DNA from: Macrostomum lignano
Taxonomy: Eukaryota
Direction: 5' to 3'
Length of the DNA stretch: 64,000 nucleotides
Assembly (NCBI GenBank): GCA_002269645.1
Contig: NIVC01000142.1
Span: forward strand, 248,001-312,000
This document shows positions 33,383 to 45,893 of this stretch, piece after piece. Each line of letters starts with the position of its first letter. The stretch's first letter is position 1. The notes beneath the pieces are model-generated. The model had not been told where the DNA came from. It searched no databases and saw only the letters and a program-made list of their open reading frames with translations. A program made the translations under genes and the position numbers.

Positions 33383-35044
33383 TATATATTTAAAAATATA
33401 AATAAATTTTTAAGTATTTTAATTTTATTCATTGGGATGATAACTAGCATTAGATACAATATTCAAAAAAGTAATGCCAATACCTGAAAGTCTGGTACTT
33501 TATTGCATTACTTGGTTTTTAAAAAAAGCAAGGTTTTAAGGCAAAGAAAGCAAGCTTAGCATTGTTTTAAATGAAGAAACTTTGGTAAAACAAATAAAAT
33601 AAAATTACCAAATGAAAAACAAACAATTGCCACTTTATTCAATCAATTAACTACTTTAGGCAGTCTTATTTATATATATTAGTACTATTGTCATTTGAGT
33701 ATAGTGTTGCAGCCTGCTAATCTGCAATTGCTGCACCTGCATGCTTAATCCTTTAGTTTGATAAGGGGTTGGGTGCACTTAGTCATCTAAGCAGACTGAC
33801 TGCTCTAAGCAAAGCTAGACTTAAAAGCCTCACCCTTGATTAGGCAATATCTGGCCCTACTGCTCTCTATATGTAAACCTAAGTAAATTGTATCACTTTT
33901 CTTCATTTTACTCAACTTGGCCTTGCTCTAAGCACCCAAAATAGTGGATTTATTTATTTATTTCTGATTGTTTACTTGTTTACTAAATTACTTGTGCTAC
34001 TACTAGTGAATTACTAGCATATTTACTATTATAAAAATTATAGAAATCAATTGGCAATCAACATATAATCAATTGATAGTAAATCTATTGCAGAACTTGC
34101 AGCATAATAATTGATAAATAAATAATATCATTTTAATGATGATTAATAACTACCAACTAATTATAAAGCATATATAGCCAAGGACATTCCTTTAAAATTA
34201 TAAAAACTTTTCAAGAAAGAAAACGTTTGTTACTTTTTTACTAGATACTGTATAACCTAATTATTTTACCTTTATTAACCTAAATATAAAGTATTTATTA
34301 TTCTTCTTTAAAAGTATTTTAAAAACTATTTCATTTATTTTAAAGAAATTTTTATGTATTATCTAATTTTCAAAATTTAAATAGCATTGGATAATTGGGA
34401 AAATTGAAAAATTATTTATAGCCTATAGCCTAGTTATAGGCTTAGAAGTCCAATACTGATAAAATTATTGGCTTCCAATACTCCAATATCCAAAAGGTAT
34501 TGCCAATAATATTAGAATATCACATAATCAGAAGTGTGCCTAACACTGATGATAATAAATTTTATTAGGCACATCTTTTATAATTGGCTTATTAGCATAC
34601 CTAGCATGCCTTCTTGGCATATAGAGATTGCTAAGATAATTAGATATGAGTGAGTTCAGAGTCCAAATCAATATATACAATTAGTATACAAAAATGATTA
34701 ACTTTAAGTTTGGCATAGTCTCTATGTACATAGTTAAAATAGCTAAATTTTGATTAAAAAGAATAGCTCTTAGCTCTTACCAGAAAAATGGAAAACTAAA
34801 TTTAAAAAATCATGTTTCATTTTTTAAGAAGTTAAAGTAAGACAAATTTAGTTTAAATAAACTAGTTCTTTAGGGTTCAGTAAAAACTGAAGTTTTTCTA
34901 ATTTTTTTTTCAATTTTTTATTCATCATTCAAATTTCATTTTAAGAATCATATTGTAAGCTGTAAATATTAGTTTTTATTATTATTTTCTGTTTTGACAT
35001 TTTATATGTGATAAAAATCCATTGGTCTTGGTCTTGGTATATAG

Positions 35045-38000
35045 TGTAGTAGGGGGGTTTAGTTCAAGCAGTTTTGCTAAGGGCGTTTGCCAAGGTTTCC
35101 GATTTGTTGAGATAATTATTTTTAGTTTTCCGAAATCGAGAATAAGCAGTTTTGCTTTTACGCTACTGTTAGTAGTTCACCCTCGGGGAAATATCTGAAG
35201 TTGTGGGAATTCGAGTATTAGCGGGTTCCTCTATTAGTAAAAGGCTGTTTAGCCTCGAGAAAAGCATCCGTTCGGGACAATCAGTCTAAAGCATCCCCGT
35301 TCAGGGCCGTCCATTAGGACAATATTTCAGAGAAAGTCTCAAAGCACAAACTCAAATATAAGGGAGTCTCCCCTTGTATGAAAGATAGAAATACTAAAAA
35401 TTCTGGAACCATAAAGGAAATTAAGGGTAAGTCAGGGTAAAATAGGGAGGCTAAGAAGGAGTCTACCGAGAATAGGAATATTAGTATAGTCAGTTAGATA
35501 AATAGGGAAAGACTAAGGGAGTCTACCATTAGTCTAATTAAAAATCGGAGTCTACCGAATTGTTTACATAGGGAACTATAGTGTGAAATTTACTCTTTGC
35601 ATATTTGGTGTTAATTAATACCTTCTTTGTGTGTTCTAATAACCTTACATAACATTGACTCTTGTCTCACTTATTTTAATTTAACATTAACTATAAGGGA
35701 CATTAGTCTGGTGGCAGCAACCTACCAAATTAAAAGTACATGATAATAGAAATAGCAGTAAAACCCAAAACCAGTAGCCTAAACCGCAGGTACCACGCTT
35801 GTCCAATAGTGATATAAATAAACTAAGGAAGCAATTTTTGGTTGTAGCATATACATGTACCAGTAATCCTAACCTAACCCTGGCAGATAATATATATATA
35901 TAACTCCATATATAAGTTATATATACAAGTACCAGAAAAATTTTGGCAGATTTTTTGGCAGCAGATATATATATACCAGAAAATTATAGCATACAAAGAG
36001 ACCTAGAATATACCATTGGCATACAACTTAATGGATATAAGACTATTTGTCTACCCTGGGCAAATGGCCAATGGACTATGTCTACTGGTGCTAAATTGTG
36101 GATGTGATAATTGACATAGGTTTCTAGACACTTTGGTGACAAGACACTTTGGCAACAGATGTTTCAGCAACAAGTCATATTAGCAACATACAGTAGAGTT
36201 CCTAATTTTGATATAGGTGTTTTATTGTGTCACTAAAATACATTGCAAAAAATTGCCATAAAATGTGCATTATTACATAATCCAGACTAAGGCAGTAGTC
36301 TTATCTACTTTTTCTCTGCAGTAAAACCATGCTGCAATAAAAAATAGAAGCCATTGTATTATATATAATCCACACAAATGAAAGTACCTTGCCATCAAAA
36401 ATCTCTATAAACTAAATCTCTAAGGTTTGTATACTTGTGACTTTTTCTTAAGTCAATCTGATTCTAAGAAAGTATATAAGGTATATAGAAATATAAAATA
36501 TATACTTTTAACAAAGCCAACTTTTTTTGTTTTTAAAAATTCTAGAATATAATGTGGTAGCGGTATCTTTGTTTCTTATAAACTTGTTTTTCAAATTAGC
36601 GTGAAATTTTATATTCATTGTTTTAATACTCAAAATATGTTCAACTTGTAAGAATTTGTTTAAAATACATGCAATCAACTAGTATAAAAGGAAGATAATT
36701 GTAGGAAGGAAAAGATAACTCGTTTGCTAGCTATAAGCTCAAAATGTGTTTGATAAATCTTTCTCAGATTATTGCTTAATTTCTAAAGAGTATTGCAGAG
36801 AAGTTTGGAAGTCGGGAATTTAGAATTCATGTAAAAGTAGTACTAATAGTAATCGCTGTGACCCTCTAATCTAGGTAATACCCAGACTAGAGAGAGAAAG
36901 TACATATACCAGTAAGACCACTCAGGCCATATACTAAGAATGCTACTAGACCATATACTAAGAATGCTACCAGACTATATACTAAGAATGCTACCAGAAT
37001 ACTACAAGAATGCTACCCAGAAATATATGAGATTCTAAGAAACAGTTAGAAACATTAAGGCAAAAATTTAGTATCAGCAGTAGAAATTTAATAAAGGGAA
37101 ATTAAAACCCTGTAACAACTTGGTGGCTTAGCAGTGGGATTCCATATTGTACAGGAACACCCCTACAACAACTTTGGTGGCAATTAGTAGGATAATTGGA
37201 GGACAGAAGTAAGCCCTAGCACAATAATTGTTTCAAAAACATAAATGATTTTTTTATAGAATTTTCTTGCTTATTAGTGCAGCACCTTTAGGAAATTTTT
37301 AAACATTTCAATTTGGACTAATTATCTGCAAGCAGACAAATAGCTGGTAGACAAATAGTCTGGTACTCTAACTTAATATATGGAAGATCCTAGAGTGCCT
37401 TCTTGGACATGTATACCAAGATTTCCTAGTATACAATTAGGGTATTTGCCATTTTTCAGCATATATCTAAGCATATATAACATAGTGGCAAATTTTTTGC
37501 TTTTATCTATGGCATACTCACATGCATGTTAGGTTAAAGTAAGGTTATTTTATATAAAATACACTATATGCAATACTATTGTGGTAGGGCAATCTACCAC
37601 ATTGAATTAGTGAAATTGCAACCCATTGTGCAACTTTGTCATGACCCCTTTTTGCGTCACCCAGTATGCCACCCCTGGCCCTATCTATCCCTTGCCCCAT
37701 TTTTTGCCAAAGTAAAATTTTTTGTTTTTTTTCCATTTGTTATTAGTGTCATCTGTTGCCCTATCATTTGCCCCATCCTCTGCCCCACCCCCTGCCTTGC
37801 AGCCCCATCTGTTGCCCTATCCCTGTCTAGACGACACAATTTTTCCATTTATAAGGCAAATTCAGGCCACCAATTTGTCATGCCTTTCTATCTATAGTGT
37901 TTTAGTTGTTTGGTTTGTTTCTTTGTTTGTTTGTTTGTTTGTTTATCCTGCTTGCTTGTTCTTCTTCTTAGTGTGTTTAATAGTTTGCCTTTCATTAAAT

Positions 38001-38265
38001 TAGTTTAGTGTCTTTGCCTTTTATTAGTTAATTGTCTGGTACCTGGCACCAGCCACAATCATTCTTGTAAATAATAATAAAATATTTGTTTAATATTGCC
38101 TGCTTAATAAATAATAACTAATAAGTTCAATAATTAATCAAAGCCATTAACAGTTTATCTTGAGTCATTTGCTTGTGGGGCGTTAAACAACCGAATTAAT
38201 CTCAACTTGGAATGAGCTCTGAGATCTCAACATTTTGTAATACAAAATTTACAGTGGTGGCAGCG
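35045..38265 (+). mobile_element. Decayed LTR-retrotransposon relics (LTR-like termini and tRNA-Leu-type PBS motifs)
   Basis: TGTAGTAGGGG at 35045 versus CCCCTACAACA ending at 37170. ...ACA ends are followed by TGGTGGC motifs at 37121 (TGGTGGCttAGCAGTGGGATTC), 37175 and 38255 (TGGTGGCAGCG). No intact gag/pol; boundaries are uncertain. Confidence 0.35.
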
Positions 38266-38324
38266 CTACTCTACTGAAAGTACTCAGTTCAGCAACTTAG
38301 AAAACAGATTTATAGTGTCTAGAC

Positions 38325-38718
38325 CAGGGGTCTTCAACCTTCTACGGGCAGCAGGCCACATTGACAACTGGCTTAGGATGTGCGGGCCATATGCTAATAT
38401 AAAATATGCAAAGCCAAGCAAAAATGTCCATTTCTAAATGTCAAACAAAATTAATGAGATGGCTGGTGCTCCTTATCCTTCGACAGCAGTTCAAGTTTGG
38501 CTTGATCAATGAAACTGCAAGCAGCAGTGCATCTTTGAGGTGGCCATCAGTCAACTGCGCTCTAGTTTTCCTCTTGGTCAGCTTCGGGGGCTGCAGTGAA
38601 ATCCAGTGATAGACTTGGCAGGCCGCATATAATGCAAACTACTAGAAGGTACTGTGGGCCACAAAAAAAGGGCTTGCGGGCCACATGCAGCCTGCGGGCT
38701 GCAGGTTAGGGACCCCTG
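38325..38718. mobile_element. hAT (Charlie/MER5-like) MITE, 394 bp
   Basis: TIRs CAGGGGTCTTCAAC / GTTAGGGACCCCTG. 8-bp TSD GTCTAGAC / ATCTAGAC (7/8 match), fitting the nTCTAGAn hAT target preference. Confidence 0.85.
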
Positions 38719-41700
38719 ATCTAGACCATTGAGTCTAAAGTCTAAACGACTATGCCTGCATAAGACCACTCGACTACAATTACGACTACCCCCAGATTTG
38801 AGAACCCGGCTACTGGAGTAAAACAAGAAGAGATAACTTGTTATGATTTGTCTGCAGTGATTTCTGGATTTATTTATGAGAAGGCAATGCCAATCGGTTT
38901 TGAAGAAGAAACCCCAAAGAGAAAACCAAATTTCCAAAGTGACCAAAAAAATATTAAACTTCCTCCACCCCACCTTACTATCAATATGGAATATAATAAG
39001 CAATAAAAAAATAATTTAAAACTTTATGCCTGAAAAAACATTGTTACTCAACGTGTCTTTAGTTTTAGCAAATAAAAAGTAGAGGGCCTATTTAAAGTCT
39101 TTCTTTTATACTTGCCTTTCCTCAGTACATATTGCAAAAATGTATAATTTTTTAAGTTTGTTATTCTGCATGAAAAATGAATTCAAAAATGAAAAAAATT
39201 GTATATAACTATTGCTTGGGTCGTTCGCAAATTCTAGGAGGAGCAAAAATTTTAACAATTTTCCGAACATTTACTATTGTTACTGCCATATTGAAAATAA
39301 TAGGACACTTTTATCTGTGAATAAAGATAATTTTTGGGTTAAACTTTATCATGCAAAAGTGTTTTTTAATCATCTGGCGGTATTAAGCGATAATTAGCGA
39401 TGAAAGAATTCAAATTCAATCATTTCACCGATGTTAATTTTTGGTACTACAAGATGTCTGTAGCTAAAAAAAAGTTGTTGTTGTGTTGAAACCTTGCTAT
39501 ATTACATTTAAAATTAAAGCTTATATAAATTTAATTTAAGATTTTTTTAAAGCTCAATAAACTGCACTATAAATGATTTTATAGATGCTTAACTGTACGC
39601 CTAGCATTTCCGGTGGGATAGCCTCTTTGCGTCTCACAAAATGTATTTTTTCAGCTGACGTCTAGAATGTGCGCTTAAAATGATACATTTTGATGCAGAT
39701 AATTAGAAAAACATGTCTTTTTATCTTTTTGTAAAAAATTGTTATGAAATAGAGCACTATTGTTGATAAAAATAATTAAAAGCAACCATGCATCGCAATA
39801 AACTCCTACTTTGAAGCACAAAATAAATATCCTGTAACCACACTAGCATTCTCCATGGAGCACCTTTTGAGCTGAAATTTTACACAGATATCCAGTAAAG
39901 TAAACTGAGCAAATGATTTTTTTTGTTTTTGAAAATACTTCAATTTGGCTATGTATCAGTTAGTACATTGGACATATTTATTATATTTTTATTAAAATCC
40001 TTGTAACCAAGCTACAGAGAAACATGTGCAAAACTGGACCTTGAAATTTGACCTGAATGATCAGCAAATGTGTATCTCGAAATGATTTTTTTTGTTTTCA
40101 TCAAGTCATTCTATGCTAATTTTTTCTGAAGGTAAAGATACCATATATTTAGAGTCAATAGGGGAAGCATTTAGACTTATTCAATAGTCATTAAAATTGC
40201 AACTATATTATTATAATATAGTAATAATATTATACATGTATTATATAGTAATATTAACTTCTAAGATGCCCTTATAAATTTAAGTAAAGACAACAGGCCT
40301 TAATTAATTAATCAGCATTTTGAAGAAACTGACCTTATACAGATGGGCCCCAAGCTAAGAAATGAATGTAGAGCTTATTTCGTGTAAGGTATAAAAATCA
40401 ATTTATTAAAATATTAAATACTTCTAATAAATTGGTTAAATTAGTTATTTACCTTGAATTAATTTAATTTTAATAATTAAATATATAAATTTGTTTCACT
40501 TCTTACTGCATTTAAATAGAGTACCTCTCTACTATACTATAGAAGTATAGTAAAAGTACATGGTAAAAAAGTATAGTAAAAAATTTTCTTTGGTTTAATC
40601 CCAGCTTGCCTCAGTTTTTTAGTCTTAATACGAGCTAGATAGTAAGTGTTGATTAATTTGCTCCATCACCTTTTGCCACGGAAACAGCACATGTCGGACA
40701 TGCAACACTCTTCCTGATCCCTGGATTCAAGATGACTGCTTCTGCTTCTTCAATGCTTGAAAACTGAGCTCATGGAGCTTTAGGTTATGCTGTCAGAGTG
40801 CTGCTGCCGGTGCTGTGTGTGTATGTGTGTGTCTTCTGCGGGTAGGTTCCATGTCCCTCAGTTTAGCCACTGTTGTGGGCTAACTGGAGGAATTGCCGTT
40901 GTCGGTGCTGCAGGTGGCACTGCATGATAGTATTGACGCTGTCAGTGACGCTGGCAAAGGCTTGGACGAAGCTAGGTGCCGTCATTGTCAGAAGGACATG
41001 CGTGTGCTGCTTAGACCAGTGCGCACATTCGACTGGACTCGTATCTGGTGCAGTCTGGTGTATTCACTGAGATTGTGTGGATCTGCCTCCTCGCATCACC
41101 TCAACCAGGCTCAATTTCTTTTGTAGAATTTTCGTGCGCTGCTTAACTGCATCTTGTGCCTGCTGAGTGATGCCAAGAATTGTGCCACACAATAATTTGG
41201 CCCATAAACTACTCGTATATTATACATATGTATGCACAGCACACACACACGCAGTTCATTCACATTAAACGTACTAGTTAATGGAATTCTCATCTCATGA
41301 GCTCTAGTCTATGGACAAACCTGAAATTACTAGAATATCTAGACAGATCTAAACTTCTTTGAGCAGCGCGCTGCGCTGCGAGCAAATACATGTAGATTCC
41401 TTAGCGCAACTAATTAATAGTGTAGTACAGTCTACAGCCTGAAGTAGCCTGTGTAAGATGCGGAGGGATGATTTTTGCATAGGAAGCCACTACGGTAAGG
41501 TTGATGGAACTATGGGGAGGTGAGAGATTCAAAGCGAGGGACGGAAGCCATGCATAGTTCGATCATAAGTTTGATTATTCCATGAGTCTGGGGATGCATT
41601 AACGAGAGGCGGATGAGAGCATAGAAATAAAGCGGGCTAAATATATTAATACACAAAATTACATGTACTAGCTAGTAATTTCAGAATGGTCAGCGACTCC

Positions 41701-44700
41701 TCCGATTTGTATCTGCGACCGCGTGCCCACAAATCCCCCGGCAGACCCTGTCGCAGTTGGTGGTTGTGCACAGAATACAATGTTAATTTTCGAGCTTCTC
41801 TGCAAAAAATGCGTGATGCACTCAAGATGCGTGCTATAGTCTACTTCTTTGATTGATGGCTGGGTTTTGCCTTTTCGCTTGTGATCATCAAAAGCTTGGG
41901 CGTCATTGCTACTGGTGTTTCAGTATGCGCATTATGTCTGGTTATCATATTATGTGCATGTGCAGTGTCTTTTACCTACATTTTTGTTTGTCTCTGTTTC
42001 CTGCATGCTCTTTCGCATTTTTACACCTCGCACACCCTCATTTTTCTCAATTAACAAGTGAAATCTTTTTTTAAAGACTAACTGCTATTTTAGTTAAGCT
42101 AGTAGGTTTTTGGTAATTAAATAATTCAATTTTGTCTATTTTCCAAAAAGTTTCAAAAAATGAATTGATTAAAATAAATTTGAATTATTTTAAGTTAATT
42201 GGAGTAAAATGTCTAATAAGTAACTATAATTTTTTATTTTAAGTACATGCAGCTTTGGTATAAGTATTAATGTAATAAGTACTTAAAGTAAAATCAAGCA
42301 AGTTATAGTTTTCAGAAATTATGCTACAAATAATCAAATATATACTAGAATCCGAATTCCTTTATTAAGGAACATGCAGTTGATATTAAATCCACAATGT
42401 GCTTTTTGGTGTTCAAGGATAGTTCCCTGACTTTTTCTATTATTAGTTAGATTTTATTATATTTAATGTAAAAATGAACATTCTTTATTTGTCGAATCAT
42501 CTTGACTTTGAAAAGATACATAGTGAAAACTTGATTTTTAATTCAACTTTTCAAGACTTATTTAGACTTCTTAATTCAGTGATTAGTTAAACTGATCGAA
42601 GTCCTTTCGAGTGCATGCTATAATAATTTCGCACTTTTTCGCACACGATAATTTTAAATGTCTGGGATTTAGAGCAGAGTAACAAAATGCTGTGCTCAAA
42701 AACATTTCCTTTGTCAATTTCTTGTTCTTTTATTTTTGCAAAAGAAATTTAACTGCATATTTAAAATAAAAATAGAAGAAAATTTTATTTTCTCTTTAAT
42801 ATTTTTGTCGTTTATTTTCCGCAACAAAGAATAACAAATAGCCTTGATTTCTTCTCAATTTCAAGTTTTCTTGTGGTTTTAGTAGCAGCTTCTTACAGAA
42901 ATTGTCGAAATAATTTTTTTTGTACGATTATTGGTCGATGTATAAACTTTTTTTGCAATAACAAAAAGTTGTGACCTAGCTTTGAGAACGACCCGCTTAC
43001 ATGTTAAAAACATTTTTTAGCCTTGGTGTACAAATGTGTTCATATACTTTTTCTCCCACCAGACTGTGCATACACTAAAATGCAATCCAAACTATGGCCT
43101 CTTGCTCTTGGTAGGCTTAGGCTATGGCTATAGGCTTGATAACTTTGTAGTATACAGAGATTGCCAAGATAGCAGGTAAGACTGAGACCAAGTTGCAAGC
43201 CCAAAACAATTTACAGTGTATAAAAATGACCTTTGGCTTTAGTAGTTTAACTCAAGTTTAGCATAGGATATAATAGGCCTAGTCTCCACCAACATAGGCC
43301 CTAGCTAAATTTTGACCAAAAAGGAATATCTCCTTTAAAATAATAATAAGGCTCGCCTAGGAGTCTAGGACTAGGTTCAAAAAGTCAGGACAGGGCAGGC
43401 ATGACCAGCCAACATGAAGTGTGACCGGCGAACACATTTTGGTGGAAAAAAAACTGATAGCTAGGCCTAGAATTCGACCCGGAATTCGCACGAAAGACGG
43501 AGCTAAGCGACAGACGGAAAAGACATCATCAAACTAAAATAAAAATTATATACAACAGACCAGAAGTACTATAAAACGACGAGTGTATTTGAGACGAGTA
43601 GACGACTGGGTCTGAGACTTAGTCTTAAGGCTGGGTATGCATGGCCTGCGCATTTGGTATTCAGCGGCGCGAATAATAATTGATTTTTTGGGATTAGGCG
43701 TATTTTTAAATGTGCATTTCTCAGAATTTGTCAGTTAAACAAAAATTCAATGACTCGAGCAAAAAAATTCGTTAAAAAAAAGTAAATAATAGTATCGAAA
43801 ATTATGACAATAAAATTTTCAATACAAATTTACATTAGGCACTTGATATTAGGATGTCTTGATAAACTTATTCGTATTTGGGTATTTTTAATCGAAATGC
43901 GCTACTGATCTGACTAATGCTTACGTTGTTGCGTCTTAAAGACAGGATGCAGCCATAGGTTCTCTGTCTGAGATCAAGCTACCCGCGAGCACGAATAGCG
44001 AAATTTCAGATTTTAATATATTTTAATAAGGTGAGCTACGGAATCACGGCAGATTTAATCGCAAAATCTTAGAATAAACATGACATCTACTCGTAAATTC
44101 GTTTATTCGGTGATAAATGCACAATTTGAACACTTAGTGTTCCAAATGGTTCTTGATAAACATATTATTAAAATTAGACAAGATTTAATTCTTTTTCGAG
44201 TCAACGATAAAGTCTTGAATCCAAGGACTACTAGACTTGAAGGGCGCAAACACTTGCAAATCGTGCAAAAATAGCTGAAGGCCGATAATTAAAATGTCTG
44301 TTTCTCTGAATCGATTGCATGTAGAAGGTTATTTTTTTGCTAGATTGTTCCGCTTTTTGTCGCCTACCATGCAAGTAAGTCATGCAGTTTAGTTTTTCCA
44401 CTAGATAAGATGCAAGAAAATCCTGTACAATGTAGTAGACATCCTATTTTTGGGCATATGGTAGCTTTATTCAAATCTTCGAGTTTAGGAAGCAAAATTA
44501 ATAACGAGAGTGTAACGTCCTTTATACATGTACATGTATAACGAAGTGTTCCTAGTGGTACTTGTTTGACTCTAGGATGCTTAATTAGGTACTTCTATTG
44601 TACCTAAGTTGCAAAATTGTTGCATGTAAATTATAAGTGCACGATAGTGACGACTGGTGAACAACTTTAAGTAACTTTTGCATTCGAATTTTTGTCAGCA

Positions 44701-45024
44701 AAGCTGCAGATCGAGTCAGCCATGGCAGATGGCCTATAAAGCATTCGAACGTTTGCAATGTTAACACATTGCTGCTGTGCAAAGAACCGTGAGAAAAAAC
44801 CACTGTAAATATGCTTGGATACTGCTTGGAGGAATGTATGAAATATGAAAAATAAAATAAAATATAGAGTCATGCTTCTGTATTATATATCTGATCTGAT
44901 TGAATTATTACTAAATTAAAGGCCATTAAAGTCAACAAAATAAAGATCAAACAATACAAACGATAATATGCAAATACACCGTGAATAAATAAACTACGTA
45001 GATAATAATAGATAATTGCATTCT

Positions 45025-45235
45025 GCAGGGCGTAGCCGGGAGGGGGGTGCATGGTGTTTCCAATTAGACCGGCAAAAACTTTTCGCTTCTGTTCCCTGTT
45101 AGCAGTTCTTCAACAACTACATTGGCATCCTTTGGTGCGATGGCGACCCTAATTCCAAGGTCACATTTCAAGCTCTCTCGCTGTCCATCCCGCGCTGGTA
45201 CCCCTAGTTAAACGATCCTCCAGCTACGCCCGTGC
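45025..45235. mobile_element. Short MITE-like element (~210 bp)
   Basis: Imperfect TIRs GCAGGGCGTAGCCGGGAGG / CCTCCAGCTACGCCCGTGC; no clear TSD. Confidence 0.55.
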
Positions 45236-45893
45236 TACAAGTACAGTACGTGCCGATTAAAATTAGTTTCCATGCACAAAAAATATATGGTCGGCAGCAG
45301 GCAACAAGTGAAAGACGTGCCAATAAAATTTCGAAGCTTAAAATTTTCTAATAATAATTCAATAAGCCGTGATAGAATCATACTGTACAAATAAAAAAAT
45401 ATCGATATTAATACATGTATAGCATGTATTAGGGATGAATAAGTTATTTTAAATGTCAAGCAATAAATCTATATATATATATATACGGCACAACAAAAAT
45501 TTATTAAAAATTGCCAAATGAATTTCCAAATATAGATAAAAGAAGATAAACTAAGTAAATTTTAAGGATTAATATGTTGGAAATCTGCTATATTGTTGAC
45601 TCGCATCAGTCACTTATGCTTGGGTTCCAATGTGGGGTCACTCTGAAACTATAGACACCGCATGAGACAGTCGATCAGGGCGTGCCTGTGCGAGTGCGTT
45701 CCTGCCTGTGTACGTGACGTGTGTGCTCAAGGATCAGCGAAAGAGACATCTGCTTGTCGCCTTGATAGTGCCCGAAGCCTACATGTGACTTAACAAGATA
45801 GTACTAATTACCGTTTACATATATTGCTTGCTGTATGAATCATTTTCCTTTTAGAAAATAATTAAACATTAAATTATAAGCCAAATATTAGAT

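Noticed and set aside
39400-44600. Further DNA-transposon-like fragments in the AT-rich block
   Set aside because: No paired TIRs or TSDs could be established by eye; needs RepeatMasker or RepeatModeler.
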